Shown here: positions 26,891 through 38,218 of the stretch, one piece after another
Position numbering within the stretch: the first letter of the stretch is position 1
Layout of the letters: every line of letters begins with the position of its first letter
Assembly: GCA_001189195.1 (NCBI GenBank)
Contig: LFCQ01000006.1
Location: 56,841-120,840 of the forward strand
Source of the DNA: Parcubacteria bacterium C7867-007
GTDB lineage: Bacteria; Patescibacteriota; Minisyncoccia; Phycocordibacterales; Phycocordibacteraceae
Length of the DNA stretch: 64,000 bases
Direction: 5' to 3'
Notes under the pieces: model-generated
Told to the model about the DNA's origin: nothing
What the model saw: only the letters and a program-made list of their open reading frames with translations
Database searches by the model: none
Program-made: the position numbers and the translations under genes

Positions 26891-29800
26891 TTAAGGAGTC
26901 TGTGTTTCAGAGAACTTTGCACGAACACTCTTTCCTGGCCAGCGGTAGTAGAGCATAGGGATGAGTACCAGAGTGAGAAGAAGAGAGAAGGCCAGACCGA
27001 ACATAATTGCAATTGCTAGCGGACCAAAGAATGCAGAGGAGAGTGCCAGTGGAAGCATACCCACTACGGTAACTACCGTTGTAAGAAGAATAGGACGAAG
27101 ACGCGTTGATGCGGCATCAATCACCACCTCTTCAAGCGTGTGATTTGGGTTCTCACGATGGATGCGTGCAATAGAGTCCATCAGAATAATGGCGTGGTTA
27201 ATGATCACCCCAGCCAAAGCAATCACTCCTAACATTGATGTGAGAGACAATGGTTGGTTCACAATGGCCAGACCAAAGAACACACCAATCAGTGACAGTG
27301 GGATGATAAGAAGGAGATAGAACGAGTGACGGAATGAGTTGAACTCAAGTACAAGAATCGCAAGCATAAGGGCTGCGCCTGCGATAAGGGCGAGGAACAT
27401 TTCTGTGAAGGACTGCGCGATATCCTCCGTGGCACCTCCTTGTTTCTTCACCACCCCCTTGCCAAGCATGTCGTCTGTAAAGCGCCTTTCGAATTCGTTT
27501 GTTACTTCAACCACGTTTGCCGTAGGTGCAACGTCTGCTGAAACAGTAGTGATGCGATCACCTGCCTCATGATTTATAGAAGACTGGGCTGATTCATACG
27601 TAATGGTTGCAATAGAGGAAAGGGGAACTGGACCCTTTGTTCCCACAACGGTGAGGTTACGAACGGCGTCGATAGTGGCATGTCGTGTTTCAGACGGATC
27701 TGCATAGGCAGGATTAAGATCAAGCTTGGTGAGTACTTCAATATCATCGGTACCTGTACGGATTGATGTTGCCTTGGTGCTAAATAGAGCAGTGCGCAGT
27801 GTATCTGCAACGGTAAGGGGTGATACTCCAAGCTCGGTTGCCTTAGCGCTATCAAGAGACACAACGAATTCAGCACTAGAATTCTTAGTACTTGAATTAA
27901 TATTCACCACACCAGGGATATCTGAAAGTATATGTGCCGCACGATCTGCGGTTGCACTAAGCTCATCTAAATCATCGCCAGAGAAAGTCACACTAACTGC
28001 TGAAGACGCAGGAGGACCGCCGGCAGGTTCACCCACCGTAACGAGTGCTGAGGTGATACCAGAGAACTCCTCACGCAGTTCTGTTACAAACCCTGCACTG
28101 GTTTGTGCATTGTTCTTAGGCATGTTCACCGTGATGTTTGCCACATTGCTTCCTGAACTTGGACCTGTGAAGCCACCCGCGAACAAACTACCTGAACCCA
28201 CCTCGCTAACGAACGATTCAACATTCTTATTTACATACAGAATCTCTTCTACCTCACGAACAGAAAGATCTGTTACAGCCAGATCAGTCCCTTGAGGCTT
28301 CTCAATCTGCACGTACACATAATCCATGTCCTCACTAGGGAAGAAGATTGACTTCACAATACCGGTTGCAGGAAGTGCCAGTGCTATGAAGAACAGTACG
28401 ATCATGCTGATAAGGAAGCGCTTCTGATCTTTCTTGTTGTGCAAGAACTTCTTAAGGAAGGCACGATACTTTTCATGCGCAACACGGTTGTAGTGCTCCT
28501 GCTTCTGTTCAAGGGGTGAGAGCTTTGCTTTCACGAAGAAGACTGAAAGGATTGGCACAAAACCAAGCGCTACGAAGATCGATGCAAGCAGTACGAAGAT
28601 AACGGTGAACGGAATAGAGAAGAGGAACTTGCCAATGATTCCAGAGAGGAAGAAGAGGGGTACGAACACCACAATTGTGGTGAATGTTCCTGCAATAAGT
28701 GGCCATGCGTATTCACGAATTGCGGCAATAGCTGCATCCATCTTTCTTCCATGCTTTAGCAGATGCGTATGATACGCCTCCACCATCACAATGCCGGAGT
28801 CCACAAGAATGCCGATTGCAAGAATAAGTGCGAAGAGCGACACGTTGTTAAGTGTGTTTCCAGAAGCTTGAAGACCGATGAACGCAATAAGGAAGGAAAG
28901 AGGGATGGATGCTGCAGCAACTAATGATTCACGCCACCCAAGAGTTATGAGAAGCACGAGCAGGACAAGAATAACGGTTTCAATACCCACACGTGAAAGC
29001 TCTACGAGACTTTTATTCACTTCCTCCGCACCGTTATACGAAACAACGATATCCGTACCCGTGAGGGTGGTCGCCTTTAGGTCCTCAAGTTTCTTCTCTA
29101 CGGCCTGCCCGGTTTGTACAATGTTGCCCCCACGAGACTTAAATATGGAAAGGGTTAGAGAAGGGTTTGCAGGTTCACCGTCTACCGATACTCGTGAATA
29201 GCTGGATGCGTCAGCAAGACCATCAACTACATCAGCGACATCACGCACGTGCAGTGCCACCCCACCAGGGCCGGCAATCGCAACACCCGCTACTTCGTCC
29301 GTAGTGGCAACACCTGATTCAAAACGTACGGCATAGTTCACACCATCAACGGTGATAGCTCCAGCAGGTGACGCAACACCTGCAGAACGTATAGCAGCCG
29401 TTACTTCTGAGAGGGAAAGATTGTACTGTTGAAGACGATCCGCTTTTACAATCACCTGTACCTCACGTGCGCGTACACCAGATACGGCTACCCGTGAGAC
29501 CCCAGGAACACGCTTCACTTCTTCAGATACTGTTTCGCTGAGCGCAGTCAGCTCGCTTGGTGCAAGGTTGCCAGAAACAGAAACGATAAGGATCGGTTGA
29601 TCAGCAAAGTTAACATCGGTAACAGTTGGTGCGAGCGCTTCGGTAGGAAGTTCGGGACGCACCTTATCAACTGCATCCTTTAAGAGTTGAATAGATTTAT
29701 CAATATCAGCATTTGCATCGAACTCAACAGATACACTTGATACTCCATCACCAGACGTGGAAGTGACTTTTGATACACGCTCAACACCCAGAACCCCACT

Positions 29801-30007
29801 TTCAATCTTGTCTGTGATAAGACGCTCTACGTCTGCAGACGATGCTCCGGGGAGGATGGTGGTGACAATACCCAAAGGGATCTTAATTTCGGGAGTCGAT
29901 TCCTTTGGAATAGCGTTCACGGCAAATAGCCCCGCCGCAAACAGCACGATCATGAGAAATACCGTGAAGTGTTGCTTGTGAAGGAAGAAGCTCCAGAATT
30001 TGGTCAT
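26891..30007 (-). CDS. RND efflux transporter permease (AcrB/HAE family)
   Basis: 1038 aa, 12 TM with two large periplasmic loops. Confidence 0.85.
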   Translation of the reverse strand: MTKFWSFFLHKQHFTVFLMIVLFAAGLFAVNAIPKESTPEIKIPLGIVTTILPGASSADVERLITDKIESGVLGVERVSKVTSTSGDGVSSVSVEFDANADIDKSIQLLKDAVDKVRPELPTEALAPTVTDVNFADQPILIVSVSGNLAPSELTALSETVSEEVKRVPGVSRVAVSGVRAREVQVIVKADRLQQYNLSLSEVTAAIRSAGVASPAGAITVDGVNYAVRFESGVATTDEVAGVAIAGPGGVALHVRDVADVVDGLADASSYSRVSVDGEPANPSLTLSIFKSRGGNIVQTGQAVEKKLEDLKATTLTGTDIVVSYNGAEEVNKSLVELSRVGIETVILVLLVLLITLGWRESLVAAASIPLSFLIAFIGLQASGNTLNNVSLFALILAIGILVDSGIVMVEAYHTHLLKHGRKMDAAIAAIREYAWPLIAGTFTTIVVFVPLFFLSGIIGKFLFSIPFTVIFVLLASIFVALGFVPILSVFFVKAKLSPLEQKQEHYNRVAHEKYRAFLKKFLHNKKDQKRFLISMIVLFFIALALPATGIVKSIFFPSEDMDYVYVQIEKPQGTDLAVTDLSVREVEEILYVNKNVESFVSEVGSGSLFAGGFTGPSSGSNVANITVNMPKNNAQTSAGFVTELREEFSGITSALVTVGEPAGGPPASSAVSVTFSGDDLDELSATADRAAHILSDIPGVVNINSSTKNSSAEFVVSLDSAKATELGVSPLTVADTLRTALFSTKATSIRTGTDDIEVLTKLDLNPAYADPSETRHATIDAVRNLTVVGTKGPVPLSSIATITYESAQSSINHEAGDRITTVSADVAPTANVVEVTNEFERRFTDDMLGKGVVKKQGGATEDIAQSFTEMFLALIAGAALMLAILVLEFNSFRHSFYLLLIIPLSLIGVFFGLAIVNQPLSLTSMLGVIALAGVIINHAIILMDSIARIHRENPNHTLEEVVIDAASTRLRPILLTTVVTVVGMLPLALSSAFFGPLAIAIMFGLAFSLLLTLVLIPMLYYRWPGKSVRAKFSETQTP

Positions 30008-30016
30008 GACGTGTGG

Positions 30017-31567
30017 CTAGAGAGTTGCTTCAGGAGCTACCTGTACTTTTTGTCCTTCTGCGAGTCCACGTGCATCGGTAACAATACGCATGTCAGTGGT
30101 GATACCACTCAGGATCTCAATACGATCACCACGCACGTCACCGATTTGCACCTGGTGCGCAACCAGACGACTTTCTTCACCAACCGTGAACACAATGCGT
30201 TGCTTTGCACTCAATTTCACACTTGCAAGCGGAAGGAGGATTGGACCAGCAACTACCGGTTCTGAAGGTGCTGCGGCAATAGCATCAGGGAAACTGATAC
30301 GTACGGACTGTCCGTTCACCACGTCTACCGCATCATCTGAAACCGCAACATGCACCTCAATCTGTTTGGTAACAGGGTCAAGAGCAGGAGCGATGGTGGT
30401 AATCACACCATCATACGTATCCTCTACACGAACCTTCATACCTGCAGAAATGTTTTCACGATCGCTTTCTGATACATAGGTAACAATCTCCAAGGTTCCG
30501 TTGTTTGCCACTGTCGCTACGTGCTGGAGCGTAGTTACGTAATCACCCACATGGATAGGGAGGAAGTTAACGGTTCCGCCAATCGGTGCACGTACATACG
30601 TCTTCTCAAGATTTGCCTGTGCAAGACGAAGTGTTCCAAGGGCAGACTTTACTCCTGCATCAACACTTGCTGTTGAGGTCGTGCGCTTTGCACGGTATGC
30701 CTCACGAGCACTTGCCACTGCAGCAATCAACGTATCAAGACTAGTGCGTGCTGAAGTGAGTGCTGCAATCTGGGCTGTCGTCTCACCCGAACCCTCACGA
30801 TTTGCCGCCTCAGAAATATCATTAAGGAGAGCGTCAATAGTATCTAGATCTGCCTGTGCTTCAGAGAGGAGGGTGTCTGGACTACGTGATTCAAGAGTTG
30901 AGAGTTGAGCACGACGAGCATCGAATGTATCTTCAATCCCATCACGTCGTCGGGACATCTGATCAAGAGGGACACGGCTTTCATTCAACAGGAAGCGAGG
31001 GCCGATTGGTGTGTTATCTCCATAGAATGCATCGAGATCAGTATGAAGGAGGCTATCTAGTGATGAATATACGGAGCGATAGGTATTGCGTACGGTTGCG
31101 GTTGCATCCGTAGGTGATACTGCGTTGCGTGAAGCAAGAGCAGATTCATATGCCCCCTGTGCTTGGAGTACCTGAGCACGCTCAGTTGCATTATCAAGTT
31201 CTGCAATCACCGTTCCTGCAGCAACAACGCTGCCAATCTTTGCACGAAGCGCACGTACCGTTCCTCCTGCCTGTGCAAGGAGATCTGCCTGAGTTACTGA
31301 GCGTACAGTACCTATGATACTTACCGAATCTCCTGTTCCACTAAGGCTCGCAACAGACTCCACTGTTACTGTCCGAAGCTGGTTCTCCTGAGTTGTTTTG
31401 TTTCCTGAGCGCGCAAGTGCAATGGCACCGAAAAGCAACGCAATGATCAGGGCTACTATTACAATCTGTTGCCAGCGCTTACGACCCTTAAACCAGGACC
31501 ATCCAGCAGCGACGCGAGTGCGCAGGCCTTTCATTGTTCGCTTTACCCACGTACTAAAAGGTTTCAT
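30017..31567 (-). CDS. RND/HlyD-type periplasmic adaptor (membrane fusion protein)
   Basis: N-terminal TM, long coiled-coil, beta-barrel/lipoyl segments; operon with RND pump. Confidence 0.75.
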   Translation of the reverse strand: MKPFSTWVKRTMKGLRTRVAAGWSWFKGRKRWQQIVIVALIIALLFGAIALARSGNKTTQENQLRTVTVESVASLSGTGDSVSIIGTVRSVTQADLLAQAGGTVRALRAKIGSVVAAGTVIAELDNATERAQVLQAQGAYESALASRNAVSPTDATATVRNTYRSVYSSLDSLLHTDLDAFYGDNTPIGPRFLLNESRVPLDQMSRRRDGIEDTFDARRAQLSTLESRSPDTLLSEAQADLDTIDALLNDISEAANREGSGETTAQIAALTSARTSLDTLIAAVASAREAYRAKRTTSTASVDAGVKSALGTLRLAQANLEKTYVRAPIGGTVNFLPIHVGDYVTTLQHVATVANNGTLEIVTYVSESDRENISAGMKVRVEDTYDGVITTIAPALDPVTKQIEVHVAVSDDAVDVVNGQSVRISFPDAIAAAPSEPVVAGPILLPLASVKLSAKQRIVFTVGEESRLVAHQVQIGDVRGDRIEILSGITTDMRIVTDARGLAEGQKVQVAPEATL

Positions 31568-31645
31568 ATTTTTACAGTAAATTCAAAGCAGTACTAAGTC
31601 AATTATGAGTATATCGGTACACGACCCCTCATACCTATTTAACTA

Positions 31646-32275
31646 ATGGAGCGTACACTAAAGAGTATGAAGAAAACCTATGTGATCTGCAGCGTTTTAC
31701 TATTTATATTGCTTGTCGCGTCTGCGCTATATGCGTTCCTGCACTTAAAATCAACACCCACGGAAGTAGTTGAAATAGATACTAATGTGAAAACATTCAC
31801 TGAACCCAGCAAAACGTTTCGGTTTATGTATCTGGATACATACATTCTTTCAAATACCGATACAGGGTATAGCACTGATTGGATGAACGGATCAGTTGAG
31901 ATGGGTCGTGTGCTTGCTCGTGTAACTATCCCAAAGAGCTTCCAGCCCAACACGAACTTCTCTGATGCCCGATTCACTGTTGGAACCAGTGCAGATCTCA
32001 CGGCACTGAAGAATTGTCTGGTTGGTGGAACCAATCAAGTGGATATAAACGGTACACCCTTTACCGTATTCATCATGGCAGATGCTGGGGCGGGGAATCG
32101 ATATGACACAACCAGCTACCGTACGGTGCGGAATGATCAGTGCTACGTTGTCGAATATACGATTCACTCCACCAATATAGGTAACTATCCACCTGAACTT
32201 GGGATAACTGAGTTCGATGAGGTCCAGATACAGTCCGCACTTGAGGCTATGGTGCATAGTTTCGCATTCCTTTAA
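31646..32275 (+). CDS. hypothetical membrane-anchored protein
   Basis: N-terminal TM; ORF. Confidence 0.4.
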   Translation: MERTLKSMKKTYVICSVLLFILLVASALYAFLHLKSTPTEVVEIDTNVKTFTEPSKTFRFMYLDTYILSNTDTGYSTDWMNGSVEMGRVLARVTIPKSFQPNTNFSDARFTVGTSADLTALKNCLVGGTNQVDINGTPFTVFIMADAGAGNRYDTTSYRTVRNDQCYVVEYTIHSTNIGNYPPELGITEFDEVQIQSALEAMVHSFAFL

Positions 32276-32284
32276 TATAGGTGT

Positions 32285-32923
32285 ATGAAACAACTATATT
32301 CATTCCTGATCGTTGGTGCGCTAATCGTTCTTGCGCAGCCTGTTTCTGCGGACACCCTTGCAGGCTGCCCGGTTCTATCACGTGATCTATCTATAGGTAT
32401 GACTGATAGCGCGACATTGATGGATGTGACGGCACTGCAGAAGTACCTCACTGATACCGGGTACCTAACTCCAGGAACGGCAAATGGTACCTTTGGTCCC
32501 AAAACACACGCCGCAGTACAAGCCTTTCAGCGTAAGAATGGACTCTCTGCACAGGGATACTTTGGTCCACGCAGTCGAGCAATACTTCAAACCCTTGGTT
32601 GTTCCTCTGTAGCAACGAACGACTCGCTCGCATTTGTTGCCCTCGATGTACCGGACAGCCTTTCGTTTGGTGAAAATGGTGTATGGATCCTACAATTCTC
32701 ACCTCGCTCTGTTGCACCAAACACTCTCGACTTTAACGCTGACTGGGGTGACGGTACTACCTCTTCGGGACCCATCGTAACGACCGCAGGTTCAGCAACC
32801 ACCACGGTTGCATACTTCAACCACAAGTATAAGAGGAGTGGTGGATATAAAACGACATTCACTATCGTGCCAGAGAAGGGTGATGTTGTTCGGGTACAGG
32901 GAAGTATTCGGGTTTCTCGTTAA
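32285..32923 (+). CDS. secreted peptidoglycan-binding domain (PG_binding_1) protein
   Basis: signal peptide; LQKYLTDTGYL...GPKTHAAVQAFQRKNGLSAQGYFGP. Confidence 0.65.
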   Translation: MKQLYSFLIVGALIVLAQPVSADTLAGCPVLSRDLSIGMTDSATLMDVTALQKYLTDTGYLTPGTANGTFGPKTHAAVQAFQRKNGLSAQGYFGPRSRAILQTLGCSSVATNDSLAFVALDVPDSLSFGENGVWILQFSPRSVAPNTLDFNADWGDGTTSSGPIVTTAGSATTTVAYFNHKYKRSGGYKTTFTIVPEKGDVVRVQGSIRVSR

Positions 32924-32978
32924 CCTGGAATTCATACCTCTCGTGTTTTCATACGGACGTTACCCATAACGATCCCGT

Positions 32979-33518
32979 ATGAAGAAATTTACCGTTGGCA
33001 TATTCGAGAACCGAGAGGATGCAGAGAAAGCAATCAACCGTACACATAATGAGTTGAATATCCCCACGAGTGATCTTTCATTCGTCTATCGCAATAGCGA
33101 AGGAGAAGTGAGAGAGGTACAGGCGGCGGACATTGCAACCTCTACACCCGCAGAAGGTGCAGGAAAAGGTGCTGCTGTAGGTGCAACCATTGGTGCTATT
33201 GCGGGGCTCGCTACCGTTGCTGGAGTGATTCCAGTAATTGGCCCACTCTTTGCAGCTGGTCCGCTTGCTGTGGCACTTGGTCTTACCGGTGCGGTTGGCG
33301 CCACTGCCGCAGCCGCCGCTACCGGTGCAATTGCCGGTGGTCTGATTGGTGCACTCACCAATCTTGGTGTGGGAGAAGAGAATGCCAAGCGCTATGCAGA
33401 TCGCGTGCAGGCAGGTGATGTGCTTGTTGCTGCATACGCAGAAGAAGAGGTTGATGTGCGCACACTCTTCCTAGATGCAGGTGCAATCGAAACAGAAGGA
33501 TACGCACTAAAAGTGTAA
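32979..33518 (+). CDS. Gly/Ala-rich glycine-zipper membrane protein (general-stress-like)
   Basis: GAAVGATIGAIAGLATVAGV...GAIAGGLIGAL repeats. Confidence 0.45.
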   Translation: MKKFTVGIFENREDAEKAINRTHNELNIPTSDLSFVYRNSEGEVREVQAADIATSTPAEGAGKGAAVGATIGAIAGLATVAGVIPVIGPLFAAGPLAVALGLTGAVGATAAAAATGAIAGGLIGALTNLGVGEENAKRYADRVQAGDVLVAAYAEEEVDVRTLFLDAGAIETEGYALKV

Positions 33519-33782
33519 CGAGGTTGAAAGAATTCGCAGTGGATCACGTCTGTATAGATACAGACGTTTTCACTTTTCTTTCATGACCCTTCCTATATTG
33601 TATCGAGGTATGATGTACCGAACCGCAAACAGACACAGTGTCCGCTTTATTGTGCGTCGCCTAGCTCGTAAACTAAAGATCACCCTTAGTGAGTTGCTTT
33701 CTGACATTACTGCATCTGCAAGAAGTACGTTCGCATAATGCATCCACAGTTTGTGTGTATGCGTAGATGCTAAAATGCATTA

Positions 33783-34751
33783 ATGCCTACATGGGTGCGG
33801 GTGCTCCTTATTTCAATTGGGACAATTATCGTATGCGGACTTCTGTACGCATGGCTCTTTGGTCCTACGCAACCTACCGCCGCACGTGAGGAATTTCTGG
33901 TACAACCAGGTGAGACAACAGAGCAAGTTGCTTCCAATCTAAAAAACAAAGGGTATATACGTAGCAGTATTGCGTTCCGTCTTGCACTTATAGGCAAGGT
34001 GACTGATCGTGGTATTCGTCCAGGTGGCTATGAAATAGCACGAAGTATGGATACGCTATCTCTTGCAGACACTCTTACGCATCCTCCGTACCTTCGGTTT
34101 GTCACCTTCCCGCAAGGGGCACGAAAGGAGCAGATTGCAGATATTCTTGCAGAAGAATTATTTTGGACGGATGCACAGAAGCAGGAATGGATACAAGTAG
34201 ATACTGCCGCAAGTGGGACCCTCGCTGAGGGTGTGTACTATCCAGATACGTATCTGATTCCTTCAGATCAAGCACCAGCGCAGATTGCTGCGCGACTCAG
34301 AGGTCGATTCACTGATGTATTTGCTCCCTATGTACAGCAAGCGGAGGAAAAAGGGCTCGAGTGGAGTGATGTGTTAACTCTCGCATCTATTGTTGAACGT
34401 GAATCAGCAAAGAATGACCGACATCTTGTCGCGGGTATTCTGTGGAATCGCTTGAATGATGGTATGAAGCTACAGGCAGATGCAACGTTGCAATATGTGA
34501 AAGGAAAATCAGGGAACTGGTGGCCCGTACCAAAGAGTGAGGACAAGTATCTGGATTCGCCATTTAACACATACAAACATGTGGGACTTCCACCGCACCC
34601 CATTGCAAACCCAAGTCCCGAATCAGTGGCTGCAGTTCTGAACCCTGACAAAACTGACTGCATCTACTATCTCCATGATGAGGATCATGTGATCCATTGC
34701 TCCATTACATACGCAGGGCAGAAGAAGAATGTGCAGAAGTATTTAAAATAG
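33783..34751 (+). CDS. mltG: endolytic murein transglycosylase MltG (YceG-like)
   Basis: N-terminal TM, ASIVERES...LQADATLQYV catalytic region. Confidence 0.8.
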   Translation: MPTWVRVLLISIGTIIVCGLLYAWLFGPTQPTAAREEFLVQPGETTEQVASNLKNKGYIRSSIAFRLALIGKVTDRGIRPGGYEIARSMDTLSLADTLTHPPYLRFVTFPQGARKEQIADILAEELFWTDAQKQEWIQVDTAASGTLAEGVYYPDTYLIPSDQAPAQIAARLRGRFTDVFAPYVQQAEEKGLEWSDVLTLASIVERESAKNDRHLVAGILWNRLNDGMKLQADATLQYVKGKSGNWWPVPKSEDKYLDSPFNTYKHVGLPPHPIANPSPESVAAVLNPDKTDCIYYLHDEDHVIHCSITYAGQKKNVQKYLK

Positions 34752-35402
34752 AGAAGCAATTGTTTTTGCCAGTGAAGGTGAAACAATAGTCGTTACCGAA
34801 TCATTCATGAATAGAGCAGTGGTGTCGTCAAAAATCACTAGAGAAGCGGCTGCATCTTTCTTTGTTTGAACATGCACGTTCACGCCCCGTTGCTTTGCAT
34901 CAGAAACACGTGAACCGTCCGCATCAAATCGCTTTAAGAATTCAGAAGAGGTTGCGAGTATGTAGCATTCCTTTGATCGTGGATAAAGAGCAAGGTCAAA
35001 CATAGTTTGCATATTCTTAGTACCCGCATAGCTTGTTACAACAATATCCTGGGTACTTGAGGGAGTGTGTGTGGCCAGTTCAGCAATCAACTTTTGAACA
35101 CCATCTTCTTTCTGTGCAAACTCCTCACGCTGACGATCGAGCCACCCTAAGAGACGGGCTGGAGGCTCCATATGGAAGTGAATCTTGCCGGTGCGGTGTT
35201 GTTCAGTTACCAATCCTTTTTCCGTTAGGGTGTGCAGCGCGTGATAGATGGTTGGACGCTTAATACCCGTTTCTTTTCCTAATTCCTGCACAGTGACGGC
35301 ATCATGCTGAATACCATACCTATATAGGTGTGCTTCGGTCTCGGTTAGTCCAACCTCCTCCAACAGGTTTTGGGTGCTTTTATCTGATCCAGCAGTACTC
35401 AT
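34743..35402 (-). CDS. TrmB-family transcriptional regulator
   Basis: N-terminal winged HTH LTETEAHLYRYGIQHDAVTVQELGKETGIKRPTIYHALHTLTEKGLV. Confidence 0.6.
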   Translation of the reverse strand: MSTAGSDKSTQNLLEEVGLTETEAHLYRYGIQHDAVTVQELGKETGIKRPTIYHALHTLTEKGLVTEQHRTGKIHFHMEPPARLLGWLDRQREEFAQKEDGVQKLIAELATHTPSSTQDIVVTSYAGTKNMQTMFDLALYPRSKECYILATSSEFLKRFDADGSRVSDAKQRGVNVHVQTKKDAAASLVIFDDTTALFMNDSVTTIVSPSLAKTIASLF

Positions 35403-35514
35403 GCGTGTACTAATTATAACTCTGTGTTGACACTTATTGACGCAAAGGCCTTTTAAAGGTATTTTAGAACTATCAGCCCGAGGGGCATTTTTATTTTCAA
35501 TCGCCACCCTTAGT

Positions 35515-37305
35515 ATGGAAATTCGTAACATCGCAATCATCGCACACGTGGACCACGGCAAGACCACGCTCACTGACGCTCTTATGCGCCAGACGGGTGC
35601 TGTTGCCGATGGTGTCTCCATGGACTCCAATAAGCTTGAGCAGGAGCGCGGTATCACAATCTACTCAAAGAACACCTCAATTGAGTACAAGGGAACCAAG
35701 ATCAACATTGTTGATACTCCCGGACACGCCGACTTCGGTTCAGAAGTGGAGCGTGTGCTTCGCTCAATCGATTCAGTGCTTCTTGTGGTGGACGCACAGG
35801 AAGGTCCGATGCCTCAGACTCGTTTCGTTCTTAAGAAGTCTCTTGAACTTGGTATCAAGCCAATCGTGGTACTCAACAAGATCGATAAGCCAGCCGCAGA
35901 TGCAGATCGCGCTGAAGAGCAGGTACTTGAACTCTTCCTTGAGCTCGGTGCTTCAGATGAACAAGCAGACTTCACCTCGGTGTATGCCATTGGTCGTGAA
36001 GGTGTTGCAATGAAGAAGCTAGAGGATCCTCGTGTGGACCTAACTCCGCTTCTCGATACCATTCTTGAACTCGTACCTCCTGCAACCACTCCAGAGGCGC
36101 TTGCAAAGCCGGCAAAGCTTCAGGCATTCAATCTTGCGTACGACAACTTCCTTGGCCGTCTTGCTATCTGTCGTGTATACGAAGGTGTTATAAAGGCGAA
36201 TGATAACGTAACAGTTAAGAAGCCCGATGGCTCTACCCGCACTGGCAAGCTCACCAAGATCTTCACCTTTAAAGGTATTGAGCGTAGCGACGTAGCAGAA
36301 GCACAGGCAGGAGACATTGTGATTGTTGCCGGTCTTCCAGACATTTTCATTGGTGAAACTATCACCATGGATCCAAATACTGAACCAATGACGGCTATCG
36401 CTATTGATGAACCAACCATCACTGTTAACTTCTTGGTTAACAACTCACCATTCGCTGGACGCGAGGGCAAGTATGTAACCAGTCGTCAGCTTCGTGAGTA
36501 TCTTGAACGCGAACTCGAAGTGAACGTTGGTCTTAAGATCGACTTCGTTTCGCCAGACTCATTCAAAGTATCTGGTCGTGGCGAACTTCACATCGCTATT
36601 CTTCTTGAGAACATGCGTCGTTCTGGCTATGAACTTCAGGTATCTCAGCCACAGGTAATTATCCGTGAGGAGGAGGGACAGAAGATGGAGCCATTCGAAG
36701 AGGTGATCATCGACACTCCAAGCGCATACCAGGGAGCTATTATCGAACGTCTCGGTACACGTGCATTCGTAATGCAGAATCTGGTGCAGCATGACGATTC
36801 AGTACGCCTCACCTTCGAAGGTCCAACACGTGGTCTTCTTGGATACCGCAACCAGTTTGTTATTGATACAAAGGGTGAAGGTATTCTTTCCTCTCGCGTT
36901 CTAGACTTCAAGCCATTTGCTGGTGAGATCAAGAAGCGTCAGGTTGGTTCAATGATCTCTATGGCAACCGGCAAAGCACTTGGTTATGCACTCTGGGCTA
37001 TGCAGGAGCGCGGCGTGCTCTACATCATCCCTGCTACAGAAGTGTATGAAGGTATGGTGGTGGGCAACACAAGCAAGGGAGAGGAAATGGTGGTTAACCC
37101 AACCAAGGGAAAGAACCTCACTAACGTTCGTTCTTCAGGTAACGATGAGGCAATCACGCTCGTACCTGCATACGAACTCTCTATCGAGCGTGGTCTAGAA
37201 GTGATGGCAGAGGATGAATACCTCGAGATCACTCCACAGAGCGTACGTCTCCGTAAGCAGCATCTCACTGAGAGTGCTCGTGCGAAGAATAAAGGGAAGG
37301 GATAA
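35515..37305 (+). CDS. typA: translational GTPase TypA/BipA
   Basis: [27 protein letters not shown] motifs; about 600 aa. Confidence 0.9.
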   Translation: MEIRNIAIIAHVDHGKTTLTDALMRQTGAVADGVSMDSNKLEQERGITIYSKNTSIEYKGTKINIVDTPGHADFGSEVERVLRSIDSVLLVVDAQEGPMPQTRFVLKKSLELGIKPIVVLNKIDKPAADADRAEEQVLELFLELGASDEQADFTSVYAIGREGVAMKKLEDPRVDLTPLLDTILELVPPATTPEALAKPAKLQAFNLAYDNFLGRLAICRVYEGVIKANDNVTVKKPDGSTRTGKLTKIFTFKGIERSDVAEAQAGDIVIVAGLPDIFIGETITMDPNTEPMTAIAIDEPTITVNFLVNNSPFAGREGKYVTSRQLREYLERELEVNVGLKIDFVSPDSFKVSGRGELHIAILLENMRRSGYELQVSQPQVIIREEEGQKMEPFEEVIIDTPSAYQGAIIERLGTRAFVMQNLVQHDDSVRLTFEGPTRGLLGYRNQFVIDTKGEGILSSRVLDFKPFAGEIKKRQVGSMISMATGKALGYALWAMQERGVLYIIPATEVYEGMVVGNTSKGEEMVVNPTKGKNLTNVRSSGNDEAITLVPAYELSIERGLEVMAEDEYLEITPQSVRLRKQHLTESARAKNKGKG

Positions 37306-37316
37306 TAATTCCAATA

Positions 37317-37358
37317 AAAGAATGAGGGCGGCTCTCCGGAGCCGCCCTCATTCTTTCT
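37317..37358 (+). terminator. intrinsic terminator AGAATGAGGGCGGCTCTCCGGAGCCGCCCTCATTCT
   Basis: long perfect hairpin and T tract. Confidence 0.75.
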
Positions 37359-37407
37359 TCAGCATACAAAGTGCATCATCTATGGATTAATCCATAAACC
37401 GCTATCC

Positions 37408-37557
37408 ATGCTCTATACCATTGCTGTCATTCTGCTTGTCCTTTGGGCTCTAGGTCTCCTCACGTCATTCACCCTAAACGGATTTATCCATCTCCTCATT
37501 GTGGCAGCGGTCGTACTTGTGTTGGTGCGCATCATTCAGGGGAGAAAGATTCTTTAG
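37408..37557 (+). CDS. lmo0937-family small membrane protein (49 aa)
   Basis: MLYTIAVILLVLWALGLLTSFTLNGFIHLLIVAAVVLVLVRIIQGRKIL; under 60 aa so not in the ORF track. Confidence 0.65.
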   Translation: MLYTIAVILLVLWALGLLTSFTLNGFIHLLIVAAVVLVLVRIIQGRKIL

Positions 37558-37604
37558 TTTGGTGAGTGTAAGAATACAGAACCTGTGAACGTCTACGGTA
37601 CAAT

Positions 37605-38183
37605 ATGGATATGAAAAAGATTGCCCTTGGATTGGTTCTAGGAATCGCGGTGCTTATTCTTGGATTCTTTGCTCTCAATTCATACATTTATAATGAGAAG
37701 CAGGGAGATCAAAATACTCCAACACAGATTCTTAGTTTTGAGGATTGTGAAAGGGCAGGGTATCCCGTGATGGAAAGCTATCCACGCCAGTGCCGGGTAC
37801 CTGATGGCAGGGTGTATGCAGAAGAAATTCTTGTATCTCCAACCTATCAAAACGCTTCTGCAAACCTTATTGTTGTGGACACGCCACAACCGGGATCTGT
37901 AACAGGGAAGGAGGTTGTGGTTAAGGGTAAGGCACGTGGGTATTGGTACTTTGAAGCATCCTTCCCTGTAGAACTCCGGGATGCTAATGGAAAGGTACTT
38001 CAAGTGCTTCCGGCACAAGCAATGGGTGAATGGATGACTGAAGAGTTTGTTCCATTCAGTATTACGCTTAAAGCGCCTCAGTCTTATATTGGTCCTGCAA
38101 CGCTTGTACTCATGAAAGACAATCCTTCGGGACTTCCTGAAAACGACGCATCGATCAGCATCCCCATAACGATCGAGTATTAA
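37605..38183 (+). CDS. Gmad2 (GerM-like immunoglobulin-like) domain protein, membrane-anchored
   Basis: KGKARGYWYFEASFPVELRDANGKVL...GEWMTEEFVPFSITL matches Gmad2 domain; N-terminal anchor shared with the 19556 protein. Confidence 0.6.
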   Translation: MDMKKIALGLVLGIAVLILGFFALNSYIYNEKQGDQNTPTQILSFEDCERAGYPVMESYPRQCRVPDGRVYAEEILVSPTYQNASANLIVVDTPQPGSVTGKEVVVKGKARGYWYFEASFPVELRDANGKVLQVLPAQAMGEWMTEEFVPFSITLKAPQSYIGPATLVLMKDNPSGLPENDASISIPITIEY

Positions 38184-38218
38184 ACAGAAAGAGCGCACAT
38201 TTGCGCTCTTTCTGTTTA
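38183..38218 (+). terminator. intrinsic terminator AAACAGAAAGAGCGCACATTTGCGCTCTTTCTGTTT
   Basis: perfect hairpin and T tract. Confidence 0.75.
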
